A stretch of 64,000 nucleotides of DNA from Nemertoderma westbladi. Its lineage: Eukaryota > Animalia > Xenacoelomorpha. This document shows positions 57,101 through 64,000 of this stretch, piece by piece (the stretch's first letter is position 1; every line of letters begins with the position of its first letter). The stretch lies in contig JAUCBJ010005854.1 of the NCBI GenBank assembly GCA_032718475.1, positions 21,117 through 85,116 of the forward strand, given 5' to 3'. The position numbers and the translations under genes are program-made. The notes under the pieces were generated by a model. It was not told where the DNA came from. It saw nothing but the letters and a program-made list of their open reading frames with translations, and did no database searches.

Positions 57101-60100
57101 TGTCCGTTACATCAGCTACACTAACCTGTCCGTTACATCAGCTACACTAACCTGTCCGTTACATCAGCTACACTAACCTGTTCGTTACATCAGCTACACT
57201 AACCTGTCTTTTACATCAGCTACACTAACCTGATCGTTCCATCAGCTACACTAATCTGTCCGTTCCATCAGCTACACTAACCTGTTCGTTCCATCAGCTA
57301 CACTAACCTGTTCGTTCCAACAGCTACACTAACCTGTCCGTTCCATCAGCTACACTAACCTGTTTGTTCCATCAGCTACACTAACCTGTTCGTTCCAACA
57401 GCTACACTAACCTGTCCGTTCCATCAGCTACACTAACATGTTCGTTCCATCAGCTACACGTCCGTTCCATCAGCTACACTAACCTGTCTGTTCCATCAGC
57501 TACACTACCCTGTTCGTTCCATCAGCTACACTAACCTGTTCGTTCCATCAGCTACACTAACCTGTCCGTTCCATTAGTTACACTAACCTGTTCGTTCCAA
57601 CAGCTACACTAACCTGTCCGTTCTATCAGCTACACTAACATGTTCGTTCCATCAGCTACACGTCCGTTCCATCAGCTACACTAACCTGTTCGTTCCATCA
57701 GCTACACTAACCTGTTCGTTCCATCAGCTACACTAACATGTCCGTTCCATCAGCTACACTAACATCTTCGTTCCATCAGCTACACGTCCGTTCCATCAGC
57801 TACACTAACCTGTCTGTTACATCAGCTACACTAACCTGTTCGTTCCATCAGCTACACTAACCTGTTCGTTCCATCAGCTACACTAACCTGTCCGTTCCAT
57901 TAGTTACACTAACCTATTCGTTCCAACAGCTACACTAACCTGTCCGTTCCATCAGCTACACTAACATGTTCGTTCCATCAGCTACACGTCCGTTCCATCA
58001 GCTACACTAATATGTTCGTTCCATCAGCTACACGTCCGTTCCAACAGCTACACTAACCTGTCTGTTCCATCAGCTACACTAACCTGTTCGTTCCATCAGC
58101 TACACTAATCTGTTCGTTCCATCAGCTACACTAACCTGTCCGTTCCATTAGTTACACTAACCTGTTCGTTCCAACAGCTACACCAACCTGTCCGTTCCAT
58201 CAGCTACACTAACATGTTCGTTCCATCAGCTACACGTCCGTTCCATCAGCTACACTAACCTGTCTGTTCCATCAGCTACACTAACCTGTCTGTTCCATCA
58301 GCTACACTAACCTGTCTGTTCCATCAGCTACACTAACCTGTTCGTTCCATCAGCTACACTAACCTGTCCGTTCCATCACCTACACTAACATGTCCGTTCA
58401 ATCAGCTACACTAACATGTTCGTTCCATCAGCTACACGTCCGTTCCATCAGCTACACTAACCTGTCTGTTCCATCAGTTACACTAACCTGTCCGTTCCAT
58501 CAGCTACACTAACCTGTTCGTTCCATCAGCTACACGTCCGTTCCATCAGCTACACTAACCTGTCTGTTCCATCAGTTACACTAACCTGTCCGTTCCATCA
58601 GCTACACTAACCTGTTCGTTCCATCAGCTACACGTCCGTTCCATCAGCTACACTAACCTGTTCGTTCCATCAGCTACACGTCCGTTCCATCAGCTACACT
58701 AACCTGTTCGTTCCATCAGCTACACGTCCGTTCCATCAGCTACACTAACCTGTTCGTTCCATCAGCTACACGTCCGTTCCATCAGCTACACTAACCTGTC
58801 TGTTCCATCAGTTACACTAACCTGTCCGTTCCATCAGCTACACTAACCTGTTCGTTCCATCAGCTACACGTCCGTTCCATAAGCTACACTAACCTGTCTG
58901 TTCCATCAGTTACACTAACCTGTCCGTTCCATCAGCTACACTAACCTGTTCGTTCCATCAGCTACACGTCCGTTCCATCAGCTACACTAACCTGTTCGTT
59001 CCATCAGCTACACGTCCGTTCCATCAGCTACACTAACCTGTTCGTTCCATCAGCTACACGTCCGTTCCATCAGCTACACTAACCGGTTCGTTCCATCAGC
59101 TACACGTCCGTTCCATCAGCTACACTAACCTGTCTGTTCCATCAGTTACACTAACCTGTCCGTTCCATCAGCTACACTAACCTGTTCGTTCCATCAGCTA
59201 CACGTCCGTTCCATCAGCTACACTAACCTGTCTGTTCCATCAGTTACACTAACCTGTCCGTTCCATCAGCTACACTAACCTGTTCGTTCCATCAGCTACA
59301 CGTCCGTTCCATCAGCTACACTAACCTGTCTGTTCCATCCATCAGTTACACTAACCTGTCCGTTCCATCAGCTACACTAACCTGTTCGTTCCATCAGCTA
59401 CACGTCCGTTCCATCAGCTACACTAACCTGTCTGTTCCATCCATCAGCTACACTAACCTGTCCGTTCCATCAGCTACACTAACCTGTTCGTTCCATCAGC
59501 TACACGTCCGTTCCATCAGCTACACTAACCTGTCTGTTCCATCAGTTACACTAACCTGTCCGTTCTATCAGCTACACTAACCTGTTCGTTCCATCAGCTA
59601 CACGTCCGTTCCATCAGCTACACTAACCTGTCTGTTCCATCCATCAGTTACACTAACCTGTCCGTTCCATCAGCTACACTAACCTGTTCGTTCCATCAGC
59701 TACACGTCCGTTCCATCAGCTACACTAACCTGTTCGTTCCATCAGCTACACTAACCTGTCTGTTCCATCAGCTCCACTAACCGAGTCGTTCCATCAGCTA
59801 CACTAACCTGTCCGTTCCATCACCTACACTAACCTGTCCGTTCCCTGATCTGGAAGTTCGAAGTACCTCCCACCAATTCGTATTCCAGTCCTCGTCCCTG
59901 GAATGACCTTGCTTCAACAGCCCCAATACTAAAACAATAGTGTGTCGTGGATTATTTCAACCATTAATAATGTTTGACTATATATATACATACAGACCGT
60001 CCCGTACAGTTTCATTATGGGTTCTAAGTGTTACTATGCGAATATTAAATTGTTGTTTATGGTAATTATATTTCCACTTGAAAATACTATGTATATTATT

Positions 60101-61901
60101 GAGATATATAGAGTGATGACTGAATAATTAACAGTTAGTATAGTATCGGAAGTACTTACCTAACAGTTTGTGGAGCAGTGTTTTCAGAAAACGAAAAGTG
60201 ATAGTTACTTTTCAGAAACGCCGGTGCTCGGTTCCCGTGATATATTTCTATAACTTTACCTGTATTCCCTTCATTTTCACCATCCTTTACCTAAACGGAA
60301 AAATACGGAACACAATATATTATAATGGCACATAAAGAACATATTAAACAGAATACAATAACGACAGAAAGAATAAGAATATAACGCAATCAGAACAGAG
60401 CACAACGCCACCTAGAGAAGAAGAAAAAGGATAAACTATATTTAATGAAGCATGGATGCAGATAAGGGGGGGGGGGGGGGGAACTGGACGCAATAAAAAT
60501 TCATCATAAATCTGTAACCTGTTCTATTGTGTTTAGTTAATTGTTTTGGTAAAAATATCGTGCCACTGTAACCTGCTCCTTTCCTTAAATTGAGAATTTA
60601 ACATTGAGGCGGGATATTAATTCGCCAAGGCGGGTTTTGCGTCGAGTTCCCCCCTGTCTCCATGGATGAGGTGAGCTCGTTTACAATTTCCTTTTACACA
60701 CCACCAACTGTTATATTTATATACAAATTGTTGCCCGGGATATTTAGCAACTTACATAGATGTTGACGTTAGTTATCGACTTAGCCGGACCCAATCCGCC
60801 TCCGTTGTATACAACGTCGACTTCCGCTTTACCATCGTCGGCCACAGCGACACTCAACGTGTTGACGAATTCGTCCTCGCTGGACCGCAGCTGAAAGGCT
60901 CCGCTATTTTCTGCATTAAAGTTTAGGAACAATTTTTATTGAGGTAAATTCACAAAATTTTTAACAAACAAACTTTAGTTAAATCACAGGACTATCTATA
61001 CCTGGAGTATGTGCAACGTGTTTTGAATCTGAAGGGACCTGGGGGGGGGGGGTGGCTGTGCTTTAAACCCGGGGTTGGGGGGGGGGGGGAGGTAAAGAAT
61101 ATTGTGGCTCAAAATCACAAAAAAGTGGCCTCATTGACTAAATCTACAACTCCAATCAATACTTTTTGATTAATGCAACTTTCCTACATGTTAGACGTTC
61201 ACAATGAACGGACATGGGTTTATTATGTTCCAAAGGCCATAGCTTGTTCCCATAATCGTGTTTTCTTAATTACACATTTTTTAGTAAATAAAACATATAC
61301 AAAAAGCATTATAATTACTTTAATGTAGTTTAATTATGGGTGGGCTGGGTGTGCCAATTGATAAGGATTATACTGGACTGAATGTGGACCAAAAACATAG
61401 ACACTGAAAATTAAGAAAATTCTAACATATGTACAAATACGTTCCATTTTTCCCAATAAAGAAAATAACTGATGTTACTACCAGATGCCCGACTAAAGAG
61501 ACCTACAAAATAATATAGGCCCTATATATTGTCATGGTTATAGAACGCAGAGAAACTTGACTTGTTTCACCATTTCTGGACACTTTTATAGTTAGAGTTC
61601 AGACCAGGGGGTTAGTGCGCCGCAATTTATAAAACCTAAATAATGGATTATATTTAACTATAAATTGATCATGATTGAATTGAATTGATTGTGACATTGT
61701 GAGACAATTGTAACTCACGCAAAGTAAATGTTAAAGCGGCGTTAGCAGAATTAGGCAAATCCGGATCCATAGCCGTAGCGATAAAGACGACAGTGCCACG
61801 GGGTTTGTCGCTCTGAATGGCCGCGAGGAACATTTCGTTGACGAACACAGGCACTTCATCGTTCACGTCTAACACATTCACGTTTAGTTCGACATTAATA
61901 A
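58..61901 (-). CDS. Large non-chordate classical cadherin (DN-cadherin/type III-like), partial gene: 34 exons, about 14 EC repeats + ShKT + NC domain start
   Basis: 34 GT-AG exons join with consistent phases into one open frame (5384 nt). Repeated cadherin motifs (LDRE/LDYE, AxDxD, DxNDxxPxF). The last EC repeat TGTSTLTVKVGDTNDQKHYSGSKVINIYKY and the following IGGVFVEDLDD, AVYNAGTIRFSG and NVDIFSVQ match my recollection of the DN-cadherin last-EC/NC region. Confidence 0.92.
463..624 (-). CDS. cadherin NC-domain exon (GKIVIKD...DAVYNAGTIRFS)
   Basis: ccag / gtgagt, phase 1-1. Confidence 0.85.
864..989 (-). CDS. cadherin NC-domain exon (QTSIGGVFVEDLDD...FRVLTT)
   Basis: tcag / gtttgt, phase 1-1. 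Confidence 0.82.
1148..1270 (-). CDS. ShKT (ShK toxin-like) domain exon inside the cadherin gene
   Basis: tttag / gtgagt, 123 nt, phase 1-1; DCVDKDTKCAYWKQRGFCSAGNDDNRRSSCRRTCDIC has the ShKT pattern CxD..CxxWxxxGxC...CxxTCxxC. Confidence 0.8.
   Translation of the reverse strand: MALTRIPNARTGSREDSVVLVTMTTEEVRVDEHATSVMRE
2040..3690 (+). repeat. 53-bp tandem array, left arm of the foldback element
   Basis: unit GGATCCGGAATGGAGTGTAAAACACGGATTTACGTTAATTACCAAGTTTTATT. Confidence 0.95.
4465..5710 (-). repeat. 53-bp tandem array, inverted right arm of the foldback element
   Basis: reverse complement of the left-arm unit with its own diagnostic variants. Confidence 0.95.
6050..6325. repeat. degenerate AT-rich tandem repeat of about 43 bp
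   Basis: recurring ATGATTAACCACAGGTTTAATACTATTAAACTATGGGTTTTT. Confidence 0.7.
6624..6839 (-). CDS. cadherin exon, last EC repeat (DGTATLNTRASLDRE...GDTNDQKHYSGSKVINIYKYRK)
   Basis: ccag / gttagt, phase 1-1; DN-cadherin-like end of the last EC repeat. Confidence 0.92.
7115..7276 (-). CDS. cadherin exon (SLVSAVDFDHPITNGC...FSLKDNR)
   Basis: tcag / gttagc, phase 1-1. Confidence 0.82.
7319..8419. mobile_element. MITE with CGGCAGCTCCA(A/C)ACCAAAACCCAGT TIRs and 4-bp TSD CGGT
   Basis: TIRs at both ends; CGGT at 7315-7318 and 8420-8423; many internal AAAACCCAGTAA subrepeats in both orientations. Confidence 0.8.
8424..8640 (-). repeat. 41-bp tandem repeat (about 5 copies) copying an exon end plus 5' splice site
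   Basis: minus-strand unit ...GCCGTCTGGGAGCCCAA|GTAAGTTTAAATGGAGC; the first copy is the real donor of exon 8612-8740. Confidence 0.9.
8612..8740 (-). CDS. cadherin exon (GNPTQFG...DDINDNYPTF...SGSP)
   Basis: tcag / gtaagt, phase 1-1. Confidence 0.87.
8895..8980 (+). mobile_element. 3' fragment of the SINE family seen at 63.2-63.5 kb
   Basis: TCATTGCCGACTTTGCAAAGCTGTGCCCAACAAAAGTTATAATAATATGAAACCACTCA nearly identical to 63464-63525. Confidence 0.75.
9282..9466 (-). CDS. cadherin exon (FRIAYDSD...LDREM...LAIDT)
   Basis: tcag / gtgagt, phase 2-1. Confidence 0.88.
9699..9784 (-). CDS. cadherin exon (VVFENVAPGTVLGEVEARDIDEGGQQRI)
   Basis: tcag / gtaagt, phase 0-2. Confidence 0.88.
9835..10506. 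mobile_element. piggyBac-like MITE
   Basis: TTAA|CCCTTAAACTG ... CAGTTTAAGGG|TTAA, with subterminal inverted GGTGAAAACTC(A)TATGAGTT motifs. Confidence 0.8.
10914..11212 (+). mobile_element. Truncated second copy of the foldback element left end
   Basis: near-identical to 1687 onward (GGGTCAGAGTAAAACGCGGATCCGGATCAGG...) with an internal deletion. Confidence 0.85.
11880..12180 (+). pseudogene. Possible decayed DNA-transposase C-terminal fragment
   Basis: SYMSADNLHRHVTKELSEMKSVYDFQDF...MSRDDFPDWKD...LRFEKGS resembles, from memory, MSADSFHHQVE...VYDFxDF transposase-derived invertebrate proteins; internal stop at 12002-12004. Confidence 0.4.
12937..13089 (-). CDS. cadherin exon (IRSFDLTMEVTD...DSNDEVPKF...WSQ)
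   Basis: tcag / gtaagt, phase 0-0. Confidence 0.88.
13255..13565 (+). mobile_element. Helentron/HINE-like interspersed repeat
   Basis: GGCGAGCCACG start shared with 31560-31700, (GTCY)n microsatellite, GC-rich hairpin-like end. Confidence 0.4.
13589..13719 (-). CDS. cadherin exon (GTNSDYFDV...NRNM)
   Basis: atag / gtaagt, phase 1-0. Confidence 0.82.
13931..14084 (-). CDS. cadherin exon (IDDINDKYPEF...IQLR)
   Basis: tttag / gtatta, phase 0-1. Confidence 0.88.
14635..14860 (+). mobile_element. tRNA-derived SINE-like sequence
   Basis: A-box-like TGGCGTGTAGTGG, B-box GAGTTCGATCCC, no intact cloverleaf. Confidence 0.5.
14885..15040 (-). CDS. cadherin exon (IVDYSNLF...LDRETVDRY...ATIR)
   Basis: tttag / gtgagt, phase 0-0. 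Confidence 0.9.
16186..16371 (-). CDS. cadherin exon (GNMAQINVVVKVDDIIDTAPVF...LRYT)
   Basis: acag / gtatga, phase 0-0. Confidence 0.9.
16888..23032. repeat. 19-bp minisatellite (about 6.1 kb) with higher-order structure
   Basis: unit CTGTCTGCAGGTTGTCACC; ORF track shows a 19-aa period in all three plus frames. Confidence 0.97.
23086..23254 (-). CDS. cadherin exon (PNDPICDIRYSI...LDYESQKQWNFHVRAVDNGGR)
   Basis: gcag / gttcgt, phase 2-0. Confidence 0.87.
23633..23859 (-). CDS. cadherin exon (YDLTVQSSDG...ANDPDCRRGTNTQCESF)
   Basis: gcag / gtaagt, phase 0-2. Confidence 0.87.
24282..24533 (-). CDS. cadherin exon (VTVHISDINDHPPEF...LDYEIRCR)
   Basis: tttag / gtaagt, phase 0-0. Confidence 0.9.
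24524..29706 (-). repeat. 37/39/42-bp tandem array (about 130 copies) copying a 3' splice site plus 10 exon nt
   Basis: minus-strand unit GTATTAGAATGGACACTTTTTCCGTTTAG|GTCACTGTCC; the last copy is the real acceptor at 24533. Confidence 0.95.
29876..30022 (-). CDS. cadherin exon (DGPDGDGSYF...FDRETKDVY...RAQ)
   Basis: acag / gtgagt, phase 0-0. Confidence 0.9.
30138..30284 (-). CDS. cadherin exon (VPLFVLD...IPENVPIGSHVVTVRAQDRDYGPNA)
   Basis: acag / gttttc (weak donor), phase 0-0. Confidence 0.85.
30626..30829 (-). CDS. cadherin exon (TNFRLLPN...IIQDANNQ)
   Basis: tcag / gttagc, phase 0-0. Confidence 0.85.
31004..31105 (-). CDS. cadherin exon (VDKPIANICA...DSLD)
   Basis: tcag / gtaagt, phase 0-0. 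Confidence 0.8.
31288..31426 (-). CDS. cadherin exon (VRASDNGSPPKS...ISETQD)
   Basis: ccag / gtaagt, phase 2-0. Confidence 0.88.
32126..32955. mobile_element. possible TTAA-flanked (Kolobok-like) MITE
   Basis: TTAA|GG...CC|TTAA with imperfect TIR and AT-rich interior. Confidence 0.3.
33089..33252 (-). CDS. cadherin exon (FVATDND...YTL)
   Basis: tcag / gtaaat, phase 0-2. Confidence 0.87.
33316..37697 (-). repeat. 25-bp minisatellite (about 175 copies) containing TACTAAC on the gene strand
   Basis: plus unit AATGTTAGTACATCAACCACACTCC. Confidence 0.97.
37754..37855 (-). CDS. cadherin exon (VDVLDVNDDAPNF...TIYN)
   Basis: acag / gtaagt, phase 0-0. Confidence 0.9.
37915..38725. repeat. 36-bp tandem array (about 21 copies), each with a perfect 22-bp palindrome
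   Basis: unit GCTAACTCAATATATTGAGTTAGAAGACACATGTCC. Confidence 0.97.
38931..39107 (-). CDS. cadherin exon (VKYSILQD...LDRETKSFYTFTVLAQD...CTLQ)
   Basis: ccag / gtatgt, phase 0-0, LDRE motif. Confidence 0.92.
39132..40801 (-). mobile_element. 5'-truncated non-LTR retrotransposon (RTE-like), frameshifted RT
   Basis: RT motifs QNGFRKGR, VDFFKAFDSV, GVLQGDTLAPFLF, FADD, YLGS, LLYGS, LRFAGHC; short 3' UTR ending in (TAG)n. Confidence 0.93.
40954..41136 (-). CDS. cadherin exon (ASDGEFSSTT...ARDSDIGINGE)
   Basis: tttag / gtaagt, phase 0-0. Confidence 0.9.
41585..41905 (-). CDS. cadherin exon (VLAIDHGNPRRTGTASVEITVEDANDEPPKF...LTIQ)
   Basis: caag / gttcga, phase 0-0, canonical EC motifs. Confidence 0.9.
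42130..42390 (+). pseudogene. Decayed RTE-like LINE C-terminal fragment
   Basis: translates with frameshifts to IWKSDLSRHLKTKFFRATVESVFLYGGETWTLTKSLE...YTRLLRAA. Confidence 0.75.
42493..42826. repeat. 65-bp tandem repeat, 5 copies
   Basis: TTTATTACGACTCATAGTTGGTATGGTTGG... with 65-bp period. Confidence 0.95.
43165..44380. repeat. degenerate 17-bp minisatellite
   Basis: unit TGTGGAACCTTTGACCC. Confidence 0.92.
44637..44779 (-). CDS. cadherin exon (MRVEDCD...MDYESEADHIYSFV)
   Basis: gcag / gtatgt, phase 1-0. Confidence 0.85.
45716..45836 (-). CDS. cadherin exon (VELEILDFNECAPVF...PEN)
   Basis: acag / gtaagt, phase 0-1. Confidence 0.87.
45861..55305 (-). repeat. About 50-bp tandem array (9.4 kb) whose units carry TACTAAC on the gene strand
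   Basis: plus unit AAAGTTAGTAAGTTGTGAGCACAAGAAGTTGTGTCTGTGGGCACAACCAC. Confidence 0.97.
55400..55525. repeat. 21-bp tandem repeat related to the 50-bp unit
   Basis: AGGTGTGAGCACAAGTTGGTA, about 5 copies. Confidence 0.85.
55590..55717 (-). CDS. cadherin exon (GEIVSTTVFDYE...SQP)
   Basis: tttag / gtaaga, phase 1-0, FDYE motif. Confidence 0.87.
56290..59845 (-). repeat. 26-bp tandem array (about 140 copies) copying an exon end plus 5' splice site
   Basis: minus unit GGAACGGACAG|GTTAGTGTAGCTGAT; the first copy is the real donor of exon 59834-59928. Confidence 0.95.
59834..59928 (-). CDS. cadherin exon (IGAVEARSFQGRGLEYELVGGTSNFQIRERT)
   Basis: tttag / gttagt, phase 2-1. Confidence 0.82.
60160..60290 (-). 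CDS. cadherin exon (VKDGENEG...NRAPAFLKSNYHFSFSEN)
   Basis: tttag / gtaagt, phase 0-2; absent from the ORF track. Confidence 0.8.
60756..60910 (-). CDS. cadherin exon (QNSGAFQLRS...TNVNIY)
   Basis: gcag / gtaag, phase 1-0, in frame with neighbours. Confidence 0.8.
61719..61901 (-). CDS. cadherin exon (VINVELNVNVLDVNDEVPVF...ALTFTL)
   Basis: tcag acceptor, gtgagt donor, phase 1-1, DVNDEVPVF and AMDPD motifs. Confidence 0.9.
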
Positions 61902-63221
61902 CTGAAAAATAAACATGAATATATATATATTATATATATTATTACACATTACAACATATTTACGGCAGATAAACCAAGACCTCATTTTGTGAACAACATT
62001 GTATACGTGCCATCATGTACTTATAATATGTCCACAAATTGATACTCCGACGGATGTTTTAATATCAAATTGATTCTATAAATAGCCTGTCGTTATTAAT
62101 TGACGACTCAGAATAACGGTAATAATATATAACAGCGGAATTGGTTACCGTTAGACCAATTACCATTCGATATATATCACAGAGTTTTGTCCTGGGTGGC
62201 AAAAGGATGTTACCGGTATATAAATCCCAGGCCAGGAAATACTTGGCACACCCAGCAAATATCCTTTAAGGTGGTGTTTATGGAACGGGAAGTTCTATAT
62301 ATTATATTGGAGGTAACTAACTGTAATGTAATCGTTGTTAGTCAAGGGATATAGTGTTCTCAGCAACAACGCCAATACAAACACATACACTGACATTGCC
62401 AATATGTTAGACTGCTAATGGAATCAAATAGCAATCTATATACAATCTCGAATTCATTACCATGACATTGACATAGCCAACGATCAGTTATGGTAAAAAA
62501 AAAAAAAAGCAATCAGACGTCACAGAACGTGTGTATGTGAGTTATAAAATACCCCCCACCCCCTCGTACTATATAGCGAAGAACTAATAAACGAGCAAGT
62601 TGCTTAATCCTGCACATAAAAGTAGTAAAGAAGCCGATTGGGGAGCTAAAGCTCAATAAAAGAGCCCCTTTATCGTGAGATCGGAAGGCATTCTTCGAGG
62701 AAGCTGATTCTGATTAATTAACTTTACCACCAATTAATATACACTACCCCCCAGTACCCCTCCCTCAGGGTATACATTTTTAATATCTTAAATTTTGTCT
62801 TATCCTGTGCAGAACAGAATAGAATATTATAGAAAATACATACAGCCTCAGATTCTAGTTCTCTAGTAAAATCTCTATGGGAGGGAGGGGGGGGGGGGTT
62901 CTTTAAGATAGGGCAAAGGACAAGGAACATACGCCGAAATGACGTAATATAGTGTCATAATTTACTACAAAACACCCCCATTTACCAGCACATTTAACCA
63001 ATGTGAAGAATACGAGCCGCCCATGTGAAGAATACCAGGATTTCACTTTTCGGTCGACTTCTTATTGGAATTTTATATATGAAGATTTTTCATTTTTTTA
63101 AATTTTTCTTTATTAAGTGTTTTATAGCGCTTATTTCTGTCTTATAACCTGTACGTACATATACTAAATCCTTTATTGTTTTGGTTAGCGTCTACCCTTC
63201 TGTAACCTGTGTGTGTTTCTA

Positions 63222-63335
63222 TGGGTTTTTTGTTGGGCACATCTTTTGCAAAGTCGGCAATGACGCCCAGGTGGGATCAAACTGGTGACCTCCGGGTTGG
63301 AAGTCTGACGCTCCAAACCATTCAGCTAGCAGCTC
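63222..63335 (-). mobile_element. tRNA-derived SINE copy
   Basis: A-box TAGCTGAATGG, anticodon-like loop CTTCCAA, B-box-like AGTTTGATCCC; broken stems; body shared with other copies. Confidence 0.75.
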
Positions 63336-63415
63336 AGGTAAACTGATACCTTGTATGTCCGCAATTTACCTCCTCATGTCCTCCCATCTGTCAATACCAT
63401 CGTCTGCAGGAATGC

Positions 63416-63546
63416 AGCGTCAGACTTCCAACCCGGAGGTCACCAGTTCGATCCCACTGGACGTCATTGCTGACTTTGCAAAAGCTGCGCCCAACAAAAA
63501 GTTATAATAATATGAAACCACTCATTCACCCATAACACCAACAATA
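63416..63546 (+). mobile_element. tRNA-derived SINE copy (5'-truncated), inverted relative to its neighbour
   Basis: GCGTCAGACTTCCAACCCGGAGGTCACCAGTTCGATCCCAC... Confidence 0.75.
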
Positions 63547-64000
63547 GAGTTTATGCATATATAAGACTCTATTATAAAGTCGCTGATATTGAATGAGAGA
63601 GAGTTTTATCCCCGAATGATTGTCAGTGTGCAATCCGGGAACCCTGCAGTCCAACTTCGCCAATAATTATTTATTACATAGGAAAAAGGTCTTTCGACCC
63701 TTTATTAGACCTCGCTAGCGCTCGGTAAATAAAGGGCCTCGAGAATAGTGAAAAAAGTTTGTTGCTCAATTATTTAATAAGAGATAGAACAAAAATAGTC
63801 GACCTGTAAACCCGACAGTATTTAACAGACCCGACAGTAAAAACTCCACAGTATTTAACTATATTGCTTCCATAGTTACTGCGATTCGAATTATTGTACT
63901 TTTCAACTCCTGATGCTCCGGGCCTTACTCAATGTTAAAGAATTTAGTGTTCTCGAATATTTATTACGTAACTTAGAGAGAGCCGTTTTTAACTACATAA

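Noticed and set aside
60286-60305. Acceptor TTTTTCCGTTTAG|GT identical to the unit of the 24.5-29.7 kb array
   Set aside because: Short match consistent with the ordinary 3' splice-site consensus.
63260-63335. tRNA-Gly(TCC)-like gene
   Set aside because: Acceptor, anticodon and T stems do not pair, and it continues into a dispersed repeat body, so it is a SINE head.
61902-64000. Further upstream cadherin exon or promoter
   Set aside because: No convincing in-phase exon with cadherin motifs seen; treated as intron.

Overview
Eukaryotic (invertebrate-type, AT-rich) genomic DNA. The whole window lies inside one minus-strand gene for a large non-chordate classical cadherin (DN-cadherin / type III-like). 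I reconstructed 34 GT-AG exons by eye (61901 down to 58; 5384 nt, about 1790 codons, continuous reading frame). They encode about 14 cadherin (EC) repeats and the start of the non-chordate (NC) domain; both ends of the gene lie outside the window. The introns are inflated by tandem arrays and transposons: a 4.2-kb foldback element with a 9-bp TSD, a TTAA MITE, a 4-bp-TSD MITE, an RTE-like LINE and tRNA-derived SINEs. Two things stand out. (1) A symmetric phase 1-1 exon encoding a six-cysteine ShKT domain sits in frame between the last EC repeat and the NC domain. (2) Five intronic arrays are built from splicing signals on the pre-mRNA strand: two copy the adjacent real 5' splice junction, one copies the adjacent real 3' junction, and two carry TACTAAC in most units. 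All calls come from manual reading, with no database searches.
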